Shown here: positions 13,323 through 27,307 of the stretch, piece by piece
Position numbering within the stretch: the stretch's first letter is position 1
Layout: each line of letters begins with the position of its first letter
Assembly: GCF_964204645.1 (NCBI RefSeq)
Contig: NC_134031.1
Span: 434,001-498,000 of the forward strand
Source: Tubulanus polymorphus
Lineage: Eukaryota; Animalia; Nemertea
Direction of reading: 5' to 3'
Length of the DNA: 64,000 nt
Made by a program: the position numbers and the translations under genes
Notes under the pieces: model-generated
Seen by the model: only the letters and a program-made list of their open reading frames with translations
What the model was told of the DNA's origin: nothing
The model's database searches: none

Positions 13323-14056
13323 ACTTGTAGCAAGGTTTACCCAAACTAGACACTAACGAATTCAAATAGTTCCTTTCTTGCCAAAAAGGTTCTAAAATAT
13401 TTCAGCTGTTAATTAAGTCGAGATAAAAGACTTTGGTTTTTCGACCCGTTGTCACAAATTTAATTATTCTAACGTGAAGATTATGTGGTATAAGTTTTCT
13501 GAGGTCGAGATTCTGTAGTCTAGGATTATGAGGTAAAATGATTTTTCGGTCAAAATTGTGGAGTAGAAACAAGTGAAAATAAAACGATATAATATTACAA
13601 ATAATCAATAGATTTTATTATCAATCGTTATAATTTGTTAATGATTTATTTTTCTATACAATTTTCTTTTTTTATTTAAATTTCGCGATTAAATTCTGGC
13701 TTAATAATTTAATGTACACGTTCTAGTGTAAATTCAGACATAATTCAATAAGGGGGGAGTGTCAGACACACAGGGGGAGGAGGGGAGCAGGGGGAGATCT
13801 AGAATCATTTTAATAGAGCACAAGATACAACTGAGAAAATATGTAGAGCTGAGACAATACATGAAATGCATTCTGTGCTAGACCCCTGTATCAGCCCCCT
13901 CCTCGTGTTAGTCCCCCATCCCTATATCGGATCACTTTCCCGAAATCAAGTCAATATTCACAAAACTTATATAAAACACTTCTAGGAAACAGTTCTAGGA
14001 ATCTCAGGAAATCACTAGGCAGATGCGCCAGGAAGTCACTGGTTAGACGCGCGCGA

Positions 14057-17000
14057 TCAGAATATCGAGAACATTTTTGATTTGCGAGTCTCTGAATTGA
14101 TAAGTGTTTCCTGTAATGTTGAGTATTTCGGTAGTTGATTCAGATTTCCGAGAGCCGCTGCTGTTAGTTTAGTTTTTAACATTCTCGCCGCAACGCGGTG
14201 GATGTCTTCATCAGTGACTTTCTCTGAAAAACAAATCGATTTCAAGAAAATCAGGAGGAGTATTATCTTTAACCCTGGTACCTTTAACACGGGGGTTAAC
14301 TTAACTTAAATGAATTGAGTTAGCCCCCAGGACCCAGTTCCACAGTTGTGAGTTAGAGTTGACTCTGAGTTAAAGTTAGTTCATTTTCAATGAGTTAACT
14401 CAGGGTCAAATCTTAACTCAAAACTGTGGAACTGGACCCAGGTTAGATATAATACCAGTCTTACCAGAACACGCCACAGAATTATTGAGCTTACGATCAA
14501 GTGGAACTTAGTGTCACAAGTTGCTCAATAATTGCTCAAAACCACGACATTTTTTTCCACTAGTTTTATCAACTTTAAGCAACTTTTGAGCAACTGACTT
14601 TAGTTTATATCTGTATGAAGAATGTTTTTTTTTTAACTAACCGATTTCATCGAAGTAAAACTGATCCGTTTGTCGAACTCCGTTTGATAAAACTTGACGA
14701 GCGATATCTTCAAATACGACAGGACGAGATTCTAAATTCATCAGTAACATCGACTGTAACTGTCGTTTAGACCGCGATAACTCCATCTATTAACAAACAA
14801 ACAAACTAAAACACTGTACATTCATTTAAACTAAAACAATATCAATGAGTGAGTATTTAGCAGCACTGACCTCAGGAACTGCTTGTAGCATGTCAGTAAA
14901 TTCCTTCAAAATCACATCTGATAACTGCTTCAACTGTAATATATATATATAAACACATCAGGGGTAGGTGTAATGTCAGGGGAAGGTGTAAAGGACATGA
15001 ACGTTTGACTTACGTTAGAAGGATGAGAACTAGCGTGAATACAGAATATTCCTCCATCATTGTAAGCATGATTGTACGCTCGAGCGCTGTATATCCATTC
15101 ATGTCTATAAAAAATACATATCAATTCAGTCAATTCAGTCAGTAATCAGTCGGGACTCCAGAGTCAGTTGACTCCAGGAGTTCAGTCAGTAATCAGTTGA
15201 GACTCCAGGAGTTCAGTCAGCGTCAGTCGAGACTCCAGGAGTTCAGTCAGAGTCAGTCGAGACTCCAGGAGTTCAGTCAGAGTCAGTCGGGGCTCCAGGA
15301 GTTCAGTCAGAGTCAGTCGAGACTCCAGGAGTTCAGTCAGAGTCAGTCGAGACTCCAGGAGTTCAGTCTGAGTGAGTCGAGACTCCAGGAGTTCAGTCAG
15401 AGTCAGTCAAGACTCCAGGAGTTCAGTCAGTAATCAGTCAAACTCAAATTATTAAAATTTTCAAATTGTGGTTAAAACACCACCCCGATAGTATGGTCGT
15501 ACCTGTTTAACACGTTGATATAAAGTCGACTGAACATGCCTTTCCCGGGTCCGCCGGCTGAGAATGAACCACCACCGCCCATCATCATATTCAACACACA
15601 ATACGGCACGAAATCCGGGTCTTTATGAGAACAACTTTCTAAACCGATAACTAAATGAGCTAATTCCGGCATCGGCGTCGGTCCTAAACTAACATTAGAT
15701 AAATCCTTCTCAACCTACAATATATTAAACATTTTCAATCAGCTTTCCGGAAATCATTAGGATTCAATTATTCCTGCTGTTTATCGGAAATCAGTTGGGC
15801 CGCCCAGGGTGACGTTGAGGGATTTGTTTAATATTACAAACCCCTCGATCCAAATCTACTGTTTTGAATTACAGCTGTTTCTACAGATAAATATCAGTTC
15901 ATTTCTATATAGGAACAAAACTCGGAACAGTGCAACTGGATCCACATCAACAGTAATTAGAACTCAGGGCCCAGTTCCACAGATCTGTAAAGATTTGAGT
16001 TAAGATTTGACTAGGAGTTAACTCATCAAAAATGAACTAACTTTAACTCAGAGTTAACTCTAACTCACAACTGTGGAACTGGGTCCTGTTTTACAGTTTT
16101 CTATTTATCATTGAAAATGAACTAATTGATTTTAGCATGAGAATCAAACTGTGATGTTCTAACAGTCATACCTTTAAAATACCTCCAGTATACTGAGCTA
16201 TAGAATAATCAGGTTGAACTGTTTGATCGACAAGGTTCCCCTCCGAGACCCACGTAGGAATCTTTGGTTCGAAGTATTTCTGAGCTAAATCTACGAGATG
16301 TTCGTGTTCCATTCCGACTCCGGCGATGACCATCCTCTCCGGACGATGATAAACGTTCAGATATGTTAATAATGTCTCACGGTTTATTAGCGGTAAAGAT
16401 TCTTTAGGTGAAAACGATGGTAAACCCAGTGAGTTACCTTTATACGCTGCCTACAAATAATAAACCATTAAACATCAGACACAAAATACAGGATTCAATA
16501 CGAGCCCCTCGGTTTCTAATACTACTGGTTTTATCCACATGACCCATTTGCATTGTCAAGGCTTAGATTCAAGACCAGTCTAAAACCATCTTACACGGTA
16601 GTTCTTTAACCAATCCAACTATTTAAAACCGTCTAGTCTAAGTTAATTTTGGTTACATGGTCAATCTTACACCTTACAACCAGTCTAAAACAATCTTACC
16701 GTAGTTCTGTAATAAATTAAGAATTTAAGAAAAGTCTCATTTTGACTAAACTCATTTGGTTCAATAACCAATCTGACACAACTTGAGACCTGTCTTAAGC
16801 TCATTTTTAGACCAATTTAATAATACCCTATGATACTTGTCAACGAAGGTATGATTTGAAATTATTTTCAAAGCAAGTCAGTACAACTGGGTCCTCGGGT
16901 TTAAAACTCAATAACTTACAGCATGAATCATTTCTAGTAGAATAGGTTCAGGATCTGGCTGCATATCCATAGATTCCAATTCAAATCCGATAGCAGCGCG

Positions 17001-18627
17001 AGTCATCTGTAACTGTTAAATATAAACATTACATTTATATGAGAGAAACATAGTATAGACTACTTGCAACAACACAGAAAACAGTATAATTCCCCCACTG
17101 AGTGGACTCAGCTGGGTCCACTCAGCTGAGTCCATCCTGCTGATAACTTACTTCATCCTCAGTGATTTTAGGTGTCAGTATAACTTCTGATAATAAATTG
17201 ACCATTGATGCTAAACCTTTCCTTTCAGCTGACACAGCGTACAACAGAGTATCTCTACAAACAGAACCCCAACAATCTTACAACCTCAAAACCTCAGTAA
17301 TTGTGTTGTATTTACAATTATATTTTCCGAGAGCGCTTTATTTAAATTTTCATACAAGTTTTTTGGGTTTATCCACTGATAATAAAGTTTACCTTGTCCC
17401 CTGACAGTCTGATATACCGCCATATTTTTCTAGTTCTTGTAAGATCACGTCTCTGTTCTCATATTGTGCTGTAGACTGAAAAAATCAAACGAACAAGCAT
17501 TAAATAAATTACAAACTATGGTTTACAACTCACTTTAAAACACACTTACTGAAAATGCTAATTTCTCAAAGAAATGTTGAATACCAGCTGGGAATGGTAA
17601 CCCATAACGTGGACCAGAATCTAAAGCAACTGAAACAAAAATTCAATTCCATATTCAGAAATTAATTCCGATAGTTTTAAGGGGAAAGTTAAGACACCTT
17701 TTACCCAAGGCCTGGTGGCCGCACCAGTCGATGTCTAACTGCACAATAGTGACACCTGGTGGATCATCAGGTAAAATCCTCTATTGCCGCAGTTGTTTAT
17801 GTCCTACTGCACACTAGTGACACCTAGTGGATCCTGACTCGCTTACAGTACAGGTGGTGATGGTTGCCAGGTGACTTACCTCCGACAGTCATGAAGTTTC
17901 CGTAAGTATTTTCCGAAGCGACTCTAATTCCATTGTTTAACGTAGTGACTTTAGTCTCGTATCTGCTCCTGTTTGTTGTTGCGTATTGATACGGGATGAT
18001 GTGAGGAATAGATTTACTCAGAGGAATTCTCGTTATATCACTGATACTAGAACAACATCTCCTATTTAATGGAATAACAAAATCAGTCTTTATTTATCAG
18101 TCGTTATGGACAGGTTCAAAAAAGTTGGCTTCCCAGTCGTGGGCTAGGCCTAGTCTAGTACCTAGCCGTCGTTCTACAAACAACCGGTAGGGAAACGGAC
18201 TCATATTCAGACTAGGGCCAGGCCCAGCCCAGGGCAGGCTTGGTTGCGTATGACAGCTTAGGGCTTAGGCTATTCTATTTATTAGATCTGAACCCCTTTC
18301 CAAATCCTAATACTAGCCCCAAGTAGGTGGAGGAACCCAGTTGTTTGCTACTGGTTGACAGCGGGTAATTTGAATACGATATGCAAATCCTAACAGTTCT
18401 TAAAGAAGAAATGCTGGGTGGGAATAAATATGAATTGTATTGAATTTATATAACAATTCACTTCGTTTGCGGTTTTGTAACGACTTCTGAAGTGAATTCA
18501 AAATATGAAATCTCGACATGGGTCAAATATAACATTCTACTGTCGAATAATTTATCAATAACACCTACCTGAATAATCTATGATGTGAATTTATATAATT
18601 TCCAGCGAATCTGAGGCGATTAGCCAT
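14057..18627 (-). CDS. PMPCA: Mitochondrial-processing peptidase alpha subunit, multi-exon
   Basis: Presequence-like MANRLRFAG; [15 protein letters not shown]; Gly-rich loop [25 protein letters not shown]; [15 protein letters not shown]; [16 protein letters not shown]; C-terminus ..RKSKMFSIF. Confidence 0.97.
14330..14440. mobile_element. Family-A MITE (~110 bp), unexpanded copy
   Basis: ggacccagttccacagttgtgagtt ... aactcaaaactgtggaactggacc. Sister copies at ~15967-16086, ~39493-39604, ~45220-45324 and a partial one at 34190-34275. Confidence 0.88.
15140..15440. repeat. 30-bp minisatellite (gactccaggagttcagtcagagtcagtcga)n in a PMPCA intron
   Basis: Direct tandem repeats, ~9 copies. Confidence 0.93.
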
Positions 18628-19300
18628 GTTGAAGCCAGCACTGGCATGTGAGTTCAATTTCAATACAATTTATTGAACTATGGCACGCAAGTTCAATTCA
18701 ATTTATTGGACAAGAGTATCCCCGTGGTCGGCCCGGGCCGGGTGCGTTCATCCAACAGGCCAACCCAAGGGTTCAGTAGCGGATCCAGAGGGTGCAGGGA
18801 GCGCACTCCCTCCTAGAATTTTCCGAGTGCACTTAGTTTCCTGGCCCCAATTTTTTCAACAAGCCATTTATAGTTTCGGGGCAAAGTTGCCCGATTTTCT
18901 AGTTGGTGGACTCAGGTGGAAATTATTTGGGGATTCCCAGACCCCCACCCATAATTGCACTAGTTGCTGTTCGTAACACGCCGGGCTATTAAGTATTCTG
19001 TCTGGCCTCGGGCCTCATGTCCCCGTTCTATTTCTGACTCTTTCTGCCAAGAAGGATTACACTTCCAATACGATGTTGCACTGGTTATCAGGCTTGTAAG
19101 TTCTCACGAAATGCTCAGTGAATCATATACTATCAGTGTCAGTACCGGCCACAAAATCCACAGAAGAAATTTTAGCGACCAACAGTAACGCCATTCTACA
19201 ATTTGTGATCTGCTTGGTGTGTGACCAGCACCGGCACAGATATTTCTATATGGGACAGAAATGTCAGTGAGAATTCCAGCACATTATCTTCAACAGGTTT

Positions 19301-19684
19301 CCGGAAGTGGCTGCAGCAAGAAACATGAGGTTCCTCCGGGAGTGGCTGCAGCAAGAAACATGAGGTTCCTCCGGGAGTGGCTGCAGCAAGAAACATGAGG
19401 TTCCTCCGGGAGTGGCTGCAGCAAGAAACATGAGGTTCCTCCGGGAGTGGCTGCAGCAAGAAACATGAGGTTCCTCCGGGAGTGGCTGCAGCAAGAAACA
19501 TGAGGTTCCTCCGGGAGTGGCTGCAGCAAGAAACATGAGGTTCCTCCGGGAGTGGCTGCAGCAAGAAACATGAGGTTCCTCCGGGAGTGGATGCAGCAAG
19601 AAACATGAGGTTACTCCGGGAGTGGATGCAGCAAGAAACATGAGGTTCCTCCGGGAGTGGCTGCAGCAAGAAACACGAGGTTCC
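19301..19684. repeat. 33-bp minisatellite (ccgggagtggctgcagcaagaaacatgaggttcct-type), ~11.5 copies
   Basis: Direct tandem repeats; they explain ORFs 19196-19692. Confidence 0.95.
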
Positions 19685-20505
19685 AGTTTCATAAAAAATA
19701 CGACAACTAAACTCGAAATTGATATGGATCGATTATTTTATTAAAACCATAGACATATTAACTACTGTCCATGTTAAAACGTAACAGTCTATTAATTGAT
19801 GTTTATAAAATCGCACATCAGGTTAAATAATAATAACGTGTGTACCTTGAAATATGAGGCGGATATAAACATCGATCATACCCATTAGCCACCCCCCCTC
19901 TATCCCTGAATACCGAGATACCATCCCCGTTAGCCCTCCTCCCCAACACCCCTTCCCTCCATCTCTGACAACTCAAATACCATCTCCATAAGACCTCCCC
20001 CTCTTTCCCTGACTATCCAGATACCATCCCCATTAGCCAGCCCCCCCCTAACAACACCCCCTTCCCTCCATCACTGGCAACTCAAATACCATCCCCATTA
20101 GCCACCCCCTCCCCCAACAACAACTCCAAACCTGCTACCCAAGCTTCATGTAATCACCATGGTATTTCTAATAGTTTTTGCGCTTGCGTATCAGCTATTT
20201 TAATTAATTATATAAAGCTAAATCATACTCTCCTCAAGTCTGGCAGGATAATCAATTTGACTATTTATTCCACCACAGGGTAACTCGTAAAATCTTAACC
20301 CAGACACTGCCAAAACTCTAAAATACCAATTCAATATTGTTGAGGTTTTTCTTTCTCTGGGTACAAAACATTTATTGAAGCCACAATCACAGCACGAATT
20401 GGCCGTAGATCCAAAAGTTCCACAATTGATCAGGCCAAAAACTCTTTTAAATCACTTCATTTCCAATGATTTTGACGAGGAGTCAAATTTCAATCACCGT
20501 TAGTT

Positions 20506-21510
20506 TCAATTTTTACACGTACATCGAGATCGAGTGAGAAATATGGATTTAAGTCCGCACCGGAAGTCCACCCCCATCGCGCAGTAGACACCGAATTTCC
20601 AGATGGAGTTCGCCAAACCGATCCATAATAAATAAAAATGTAAATATCGCGAACCTTCGCGGTCGTTTTTCATGTGGTCAATTCGTAAAATGCACCACGA
20701 CATCCAGGATAGGAAAAACACGAGTCCGGCGACGAAATTGATGAAATAGTAACGCGGTCTGGACATCTCCCGTGGAACGCAGCTAAACTTCTCATAAATA
20801 TCGCGTTTCGCTTTGTAGTGATTCGTAAATAGATATCCGTGCGCGAAAACAAGGGCTAATATAGGTGGCAGTGTGATCACTACGCCGGATGTGATGAAAT
20901 AGGCTTTCTGTAGTTCCCAATCGATAATGCATATGTAACCTTGCCAGTAGTACTCGGCGCGGGCGACTCCGAATAGAGGCGGACAACAAAAACTTAAAGC
21001 AGTTAACCACGAAAATAGAATCCAGCACATGCATCGAACCGGTGACATAGTCATCGAATATCGCTCCGGTTTCTTAATAGCGACATAATGATCTAAACTA
21101 ATCAACATCATCGAATATACGGACGCTAACAACAAAATGGCGCCGAAATAAGCCTGTACGTGACACATAAACTCGTACATTTCCCATTTATCGAAGATCG
21201 ACGCCACGAACGAAAACGGGGTGACGAAAACTCCCATCAGTAAATCAGCGATAGTCACAGAGCTGAAAAAGTATTTATTAATACAACGCAAAGCGTGATT
21301 CTTAAACAGAATCAATAAAATAATAACGTTCACCATTATTATAGCGATCGTTGCTATGAGAATAACGAACGATTCGAATTTGAACCCGGGACGGATGTCA
21401 TGAGGAGGGTTCAAGTTGTTGAAAGGGGGCGTTGTAGTCGTATTCGCGGACGATGATGTTGTAATGGCTGCTGCAGCTGCTGCTACTGCTGCTGCTGTTG
21501 TTGTGTTCAT
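20506..21510 (-). CDS. Class A orphan GPCR, intronless CDS, most like the GPR21/GPR52 group
   Basis: 334-aa ORF with 7 hydrophobic segments, N-terminal NTT glycosylation sites, TM2 IADLLMG, TM3 ISLDHY, ECL2 CIIDW and TM7 WIGLANSIWKFGVY..FRCGLK (similar to GPR21/52 WLAISNSFCNCVIY..F..GLK). Subfamily call is tentative. Confidence 0.9.
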   Translation of the reverse strand: MNTTTAAAVAAAAAAITTSSSANTTTTPPFNNLNPPHDIRPGFKFESFVILIATIAIIMVNVIILLILFKNHALRCINKYFFSSVTIADLLMGVFVTPFSFVASIFDKWEMYEFMCHVQAYFGAILLLASVYSMMLISLDHYVAIKKPERYSMTMSPVRCMCWILFSWLTALSFCCPPLFGVARAEYYWQGYICIIDWELQKAYFITSGVVITLPPILALVFAHGYLFTNHYKAKRDIYEKFSCVPREMSRPRYYFINFVAGLVFFLSWMSWCILRIDHMKNDREGSRYLHFYLLWIGLANSIWKFGVYCAMGVDFRCGLKSIFLTRSRCTCKN

Positions 21511-22521
21511 GGTGCCGTGATTTCACTCCTTCCAGCTTCTAAATCTCATAAATGATTTCATCAGTTTCACGACTCGACCATTTTATAACTGGAATAGAAA
21601 AAACAAATATTGATCATTTGATTAAAGATGAAATTACAACAAAAATGGTCGTCAGTCCTGATGGGTTACGGTCTAAACAACGTTTGAGCGAGACCGCCTG
21701 ATGCAGGATAACATGGACCAAAATGTACTAAAATGGCCCAAAAACGATGGAGATGCAAAAATGCAGTTCAATGTAGCAATTACAGTTCGATGGTCTGGAA
21801 ATGGTTGGCTTACTTAGTTTGACTTAAGAGTGATGGGGTGGGCATGTGAACCCCCCCCCCCCCCCTGTTTTACCCTTTTCGGGGTCCAGGGTCTATACTC
21901 CTTTTTATATGGCCGGTTGTACCAACAGAGTTCAGCTGATTCTTCAAGTTCTATGCTCAGTTTTATTGAGTTCTCGAATGCAATTAACACCGTTTACACA
22001 CATCCACAAGTTACTAACAACATTTTCTAAGCGTTGTGCAATAAATCATGAATTCTCCGCTGCCAGTTAGAGATAGAGCGGTCATAGAGAGTTTAACTAA
22101 CTTTTATTGAATAACAACTAGTGGAGCAGTTTTACCGGGAAAAATGAATCGTTAAAACTGCTTGACCGCGCCTAGGCGTGGCATACATATACTCATATTT
22201 TCATCACTTGATTTCACAACGACATTTTTTACCGTAGTACAGTATATATGTAATAGTGTATATAATTACAGGGAAATGTTCTGTAATTGTCAGTGAGGCA
22301 TAAATTCTGAATAAAACACGGAAGGTGACGGTATGACATTCATTAGGTCTACTGTGAACCCAGCATATAAACAATAACTATCTTTGATACAGGTTATAAT
22401 ACATAGCACAGGCATAGAGCCTCTATAATCTATATTGATGTTAATTTTTCATAGATATTGAAGATGAAGGTTTAATTTTCTATTCCGGATAGAAATGTCC
22501 CAAATACGGGCGAAGCAATTC

Positions 22522-22689
22522 TGGGCCAAATTCGGTTTTCGTATCTAGTCGACTAGTGGTCGGAACTAATAACCGAATGCGCTTGATTTTTGAACTATTT
22601 CCGGAATATAGTTCCGACTAACGGACATTCGGTTTCACTTAGTTCGACTATAGTCGACTAGCTAACTCAGATAACCGAAGGTGGCCCTG
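22522..22689. mobile_element. Small palindromic MITE-like element
   Basis: gggccaaattcggttttc..tagtcgacta ... tagtcgacta..gataaccgaaggtggccc. Confidence 0.65.
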
Positions 22690-25600
22690 GCTGTGGTATT
22701 TGGGCGGATGTATTACGGGCCCAACCCAGGGAGCCTATTCTACAATCTATCGAATAAAGAGAAGTTAATGCTACAGTAAGTTGGAGATGAAACTCAGGGA
22801 TGATGATGTGGTTCGGTTTCGCTCAGTTTGAAACTGAAGTAAAACCAGCGGAAACTATCCAGCTATTGATGGATTAGCTCCGGTGTCTGCGAGGATATTT
22901 TTCTAACGCTAATTCCTACTCGCGCGAGGGTCATATCCGGAATTTAGGGTCGAACACGTTTTGAAAATCTCCTTAATCCATCATCCGCGAGGTACCTGTC
23001 TGGAAAGCCCGACTACACCTGAGATCGTTAGATCAACAACAACAGTTTTGAAACACAGAGAAAGATACAGATATTCAATACATGGAAATCATCGAGATTC
23101 AAAATGTTCTTCGGATAAACCCGCGTTATTTGGATCATTCGAATCGATTAAATCAACTATAAAATTGATAAAATTCCATTAATTTTGAAAATATCCGAAA
23201 TGGAAATCATATTCTGAGTATATCTATTTACCAGAAATGATAGAAATTCAGATATGATTGATTCAGACTAAGCGGGGTCTACGATATATCTACTTGATAA
23301 TATCAAATACCAGGAAATCGAACAGACACAATATCAATGTGATATATATCGATGTGGAAAGTCTCTTCATATGAGATCCATGTGTTTATGTTAGAGCAGC
23401 TTTCCACTAGAAAACGATTATGTTTTCAAAAATGAATTAATATTATTATTAATATCTATATATCTAACATATACTTGATAAGTTCAGAAAGGTGTAGGAT
23501 AAAATGATATTTATTTCTAACGGCCTATGAAAGTTTCTACACCAACAGCAGCACGGCGGAGGAGGCAGCATCCCACGTGATGGGAATTATGAATCGTACG
23601 CAGTTTCCATCTGGCAACGTTTGTACAACGTAAATATTTTTGTTAAGAATTTTGCCACGTGTGCAATTAACACAAATATAGTACGAATGATAATTATACT
23701 TCAATCTATAGCCGATAGTGGTGTTAGTTGAGAATGTTTTATTTGAAACCAAAATAAAGTTCACTTTCCCCAGAGCACACTGTGCGTCACAGCGCGTCAT
23801 ATTGGACAGCAAGCGTTTAGGTGACCGTTCGCTGCCATGACGTCCTGCGTTTACAAAACAAGTGACGTCACCTCTCTCTAAACCCCGATGAGATACAACA
23901 CTAAACCCGGCCTGAGGACATACATTCTAATTAGCGTCAATACAAGAGCGTCTGTGGTCGGATTATTAATAAAGATTTTGTGTCTGACGCAATCAATATC
24001 CATCAGTACAGAAATAACCGGTGATGATTTGAGGTGCGTCTTACGCGAAAGGTCACGGTCGCTACAGATCAGTAGACTATAATTACTAATACAATGCTGT
24101 TTCTGAGTGCAGTGACAGATACTAATTAGATATATCAATTAAGTCAATTAAGTAAGCAGAGAGCGAGCTCTATTCCAATTATAGAAATCACAATACACAA
24201 CTTAGATGTCTCGATGAACCTTCCAGCTCCACATCAGTGGTTTCATTCGACCAGGAACTAACCAGCTTCACAGTGATTGTAAATGAACCAGCAACCCCTA
24301 GCGACAAAACCTGAACTAAAATCTGTGGAACTGAGTCCCGCTTCTTATCAATATATAACATCAAATAGATCAATGTTCATCTATTTTCGTCTCGATATAA
24401 AAATTTGTAACTTTCCTGCGTGGTTGCTGAGTGCAGTCTATGATAGCAAACTGCGGCACGCGAGTAAAAGTTCAAATTACGTCGATTTGTTCAGTTAAAT
24501 GTTATTCCTCTCGCTGAATGTAAACAATCTGCGGAATGAAGTAGATCAGATTAGAAGCCGAGTTTTACTTACACTTACAACGTCTCGGGTGACGATCGGA
24601 GGAACAGTTGCATGTCTACAGCTTCTTACCTTTACATGAAACCCCTTTCTCTATTCGTTGTTTATCAAAATAAGCCACTCTCGAGTCTAAATATTATGGC
24701 GTTTAGTTTGAACTGTCGGCGAATTAAAAACCGAAACATCTCCTGAATATACGACCTTTTTACAAAACATGAACATTGTATTCATTATTAAAAATGAATG
24801 GCGTAAAACCTCACAACAGCAGGTGCGACCGGAGCTTGTGTTCATTATGGGGAAAAATTTGGTTTAGAATTTTCAGCACAAAGTTGCTCTGCGTGGATCC
24901 TATCATAGAGATAGAAGCTATTTAACTAGTTAATATCACTGTAATCGGCTCGGGCTGCACTCTCTCAAAATCGACCAAATATACATTTTCAAAGTATATC
25001 AGGAAAGCCCGCTCTGATAACTTGCCTTTCTCTCTCCCTGGTGCCCAGACAGGTATAAACATCATTCCTCGAGTGCTGTGTGGGAACCTTGAATCTTCGC
25101 CGCCGTTTATCGGTAACTATATGACCTTTAGAAGACTTACGCCGTAAACTCATAAAACCAGTTTACACAACCTTACTTACCGCTTTAGCTTGAAAGGCAT
25201 TTCATGCAATATCTATCACTGGTGAACTACTCATCATAAGTAGCAGCAACAACAAGCACTTCATCAGAGACCGCGAGTTACAACTGATAAACCAGGGTAG
25301 AGTGATAAGAGTATCATGTGCCGGGTAAGATCAGGAGGTTTATCTGTTATCGATCAGGGCTGGTGTAGGCCTACTGAATCCGCGCCATGCTCAGTTCGTT
25401 TTACAACATGGATCGTTCAATCTCGGTGTAATGATAATAAATCTCTGAGCTACAAGTTTCCAAATAGCGTGTTATAGTTGGCTAAATTATTTATGAAGAT
25501 CGTTAACATTCCAACAAATTGGTTCGTTTTTTAGTCTTCACGTGTAGAATGAGTTTCCGCTGGAATAACTGACATTTCTTTACCTGCACTTACCTGACAA

Positions 25601-26521
25601 AAAGTTGTAGAGGTGTCGATACTAAAAACTGACTGATCCCATTCTGGGGCCAAAAGGCGGGTCGAATGAATAGTGTCTAGTGTTTCCTGCTAGTTTCTCT
25701 ATAGAATAGTTAAGATTTTGTTGCAATGGCCTGCGTGGTTTTTAGTAAACTGAATCAGTTGGAACGAATAAGTTTGATGAAATGATATTGAGTGACCGGA
25801 GGAGGTTTTGACCATATTTTGGTGGTACGTACGAAACTCTCGCATGCCGCAGTATAACAACGAGAGCTTCGCCGTCACGTGCTGCCCCTGTGTATAGCAT
25901 TAGCGGAGAAATCGCGAACTATCTTACTAGCTTGCCATAGTAAGAATATCTATGTGGGTCAGATCATAACTGTCAAGTGCTGCCTCTATACAAAGCAATA
26001 GCGATAAAATAACGAACTAACAATGCAGCAAGAACCACCCGGTCCCACTTACGGCGTGCTGACATTAACAACATTTCTCATTTAAAATTCCAGTTATCTC
26101 AAATATAAACACAGTTACTTCAGTTAAATTTAGTTCAATCCAATATGGTGCAACCCCGTTGTTCGACTTTAGATTGAATTCTAATGATTTATGACTCAAG
26201 TCATTAGTAGTTTAGGCTGGCGCGATGCTACTGACGCCGACCTGCGACTCTCACCCCTTGAGGCCATTATTTCAATAAGACACGTCGTCGAGACCAGCAG
26301 CTCCTGCAGCAGCTGTGCCACCACAGATACTCCGGGCTGATAAATGATAAATATTGTTTGTGAAGGCGATCGATTTGAACGTTATGTTCAGGCAATATTG
26401 GATCGACTTTCCAGAAGTATGTTTAATACGCGCACCAAGCCGACGTGATGACCTTGACGCTACGGGCAGAAATGGGGCACTACCTGGAACTCGAATCTTT
26501 GTTTAAAAAGTTTCGTCTTAC

Positions 26522-26720
26522 CTCATAGTTAAATAAAAGATATTATATGTAAATAAATCGAATAGACAAAAATGATTCCACGCAATGTGAAGATGTATTT
26601 TTATTTGAAACAAAATTCACTCTCGACAGCTCGAGAGGCAGTGAATAGAGACACGTGACTAAATATTTGTATTAATGAAGTTACACTCGCAGAATATGAA
26701 ACTGAATCCACTGCGAAAAC
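26522..26720 (-). other. Putative non-coding 5' exon of the GPCR (donor at 26521, acceptor at 21589-21590)
   Basis: Strong minus-strand donor gag|gtaagac and strong acceptor ttttttctattccag upstream of the GPCR ATG. Pairing the two is inferred. Confidence 0.45.
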
Positions 26721-26820
26721 AGCGTAAAGAGAAAACTCGAGTCTCATGCAGATTGACTCCTTACATTCTCAAGAAAATGAAGGTATATGAGATCCTACTT
26801 AGCTGAGAGGGGGAAATAAA

Positions 26821-27307
26821 GTGAGAGAAGAGAGAGGGACAGAGAGAGAGATAGGAGAGAGAGGGAGTGAGAGAGAGGGGAGAGAGGAGAGAGGAGAGAG
26901 AAGAGAGGAGAGAGGAGAGAGGAGAGAGGAGAGGGGGAGAGGGAGAGAGAGAGGAAGAGAGAGGGAGAGATTTGAGGGAGAGAGGGAGAGGAGAGAGAGA
27001 GGGACAGGGAGAGAGATAGGAGAGAGGGAGGGAGAGAGAGGGGAGAGAGGAGAGAGGAGAGAGGAGAGAGGAGAGAGGAGAGAGGAGAGAGGAGAGAGGA
27101 GAGAGGAGAGAGGAGAGAGGAGAGAGGAGAGAGGAGAGAGGAGAGAGGAGAGAGGAGAGAGGAGAGAGGAGAGAGGAGAGAGGAGAGAGGAGAGAGGAGA
27201 GAGGAGAGAGGAGAGAGGGGAGAGGGAGAGAGAGAGAAGAAGAGAGAGGGGAGAGAGGAGAGAGGGGAGAGCAGAGAGTAAGGCACGGAGCGGGAGAGAG
27301 GGAGACA
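26821..27307. repeat. Polypurine microsatellite with (GAGAGGA)n core
   Basis: ~490 bp of almost pure A/G; it explains ORFs 26761-27581. Confidence 0.97.

Noticed and set aside
18460-18519. Alternative first exon of PMPCA ([12 protein letters not shown]...)
   Set aside because: Its only plausible donor is phase 1, but exon 2 needs phase 2.
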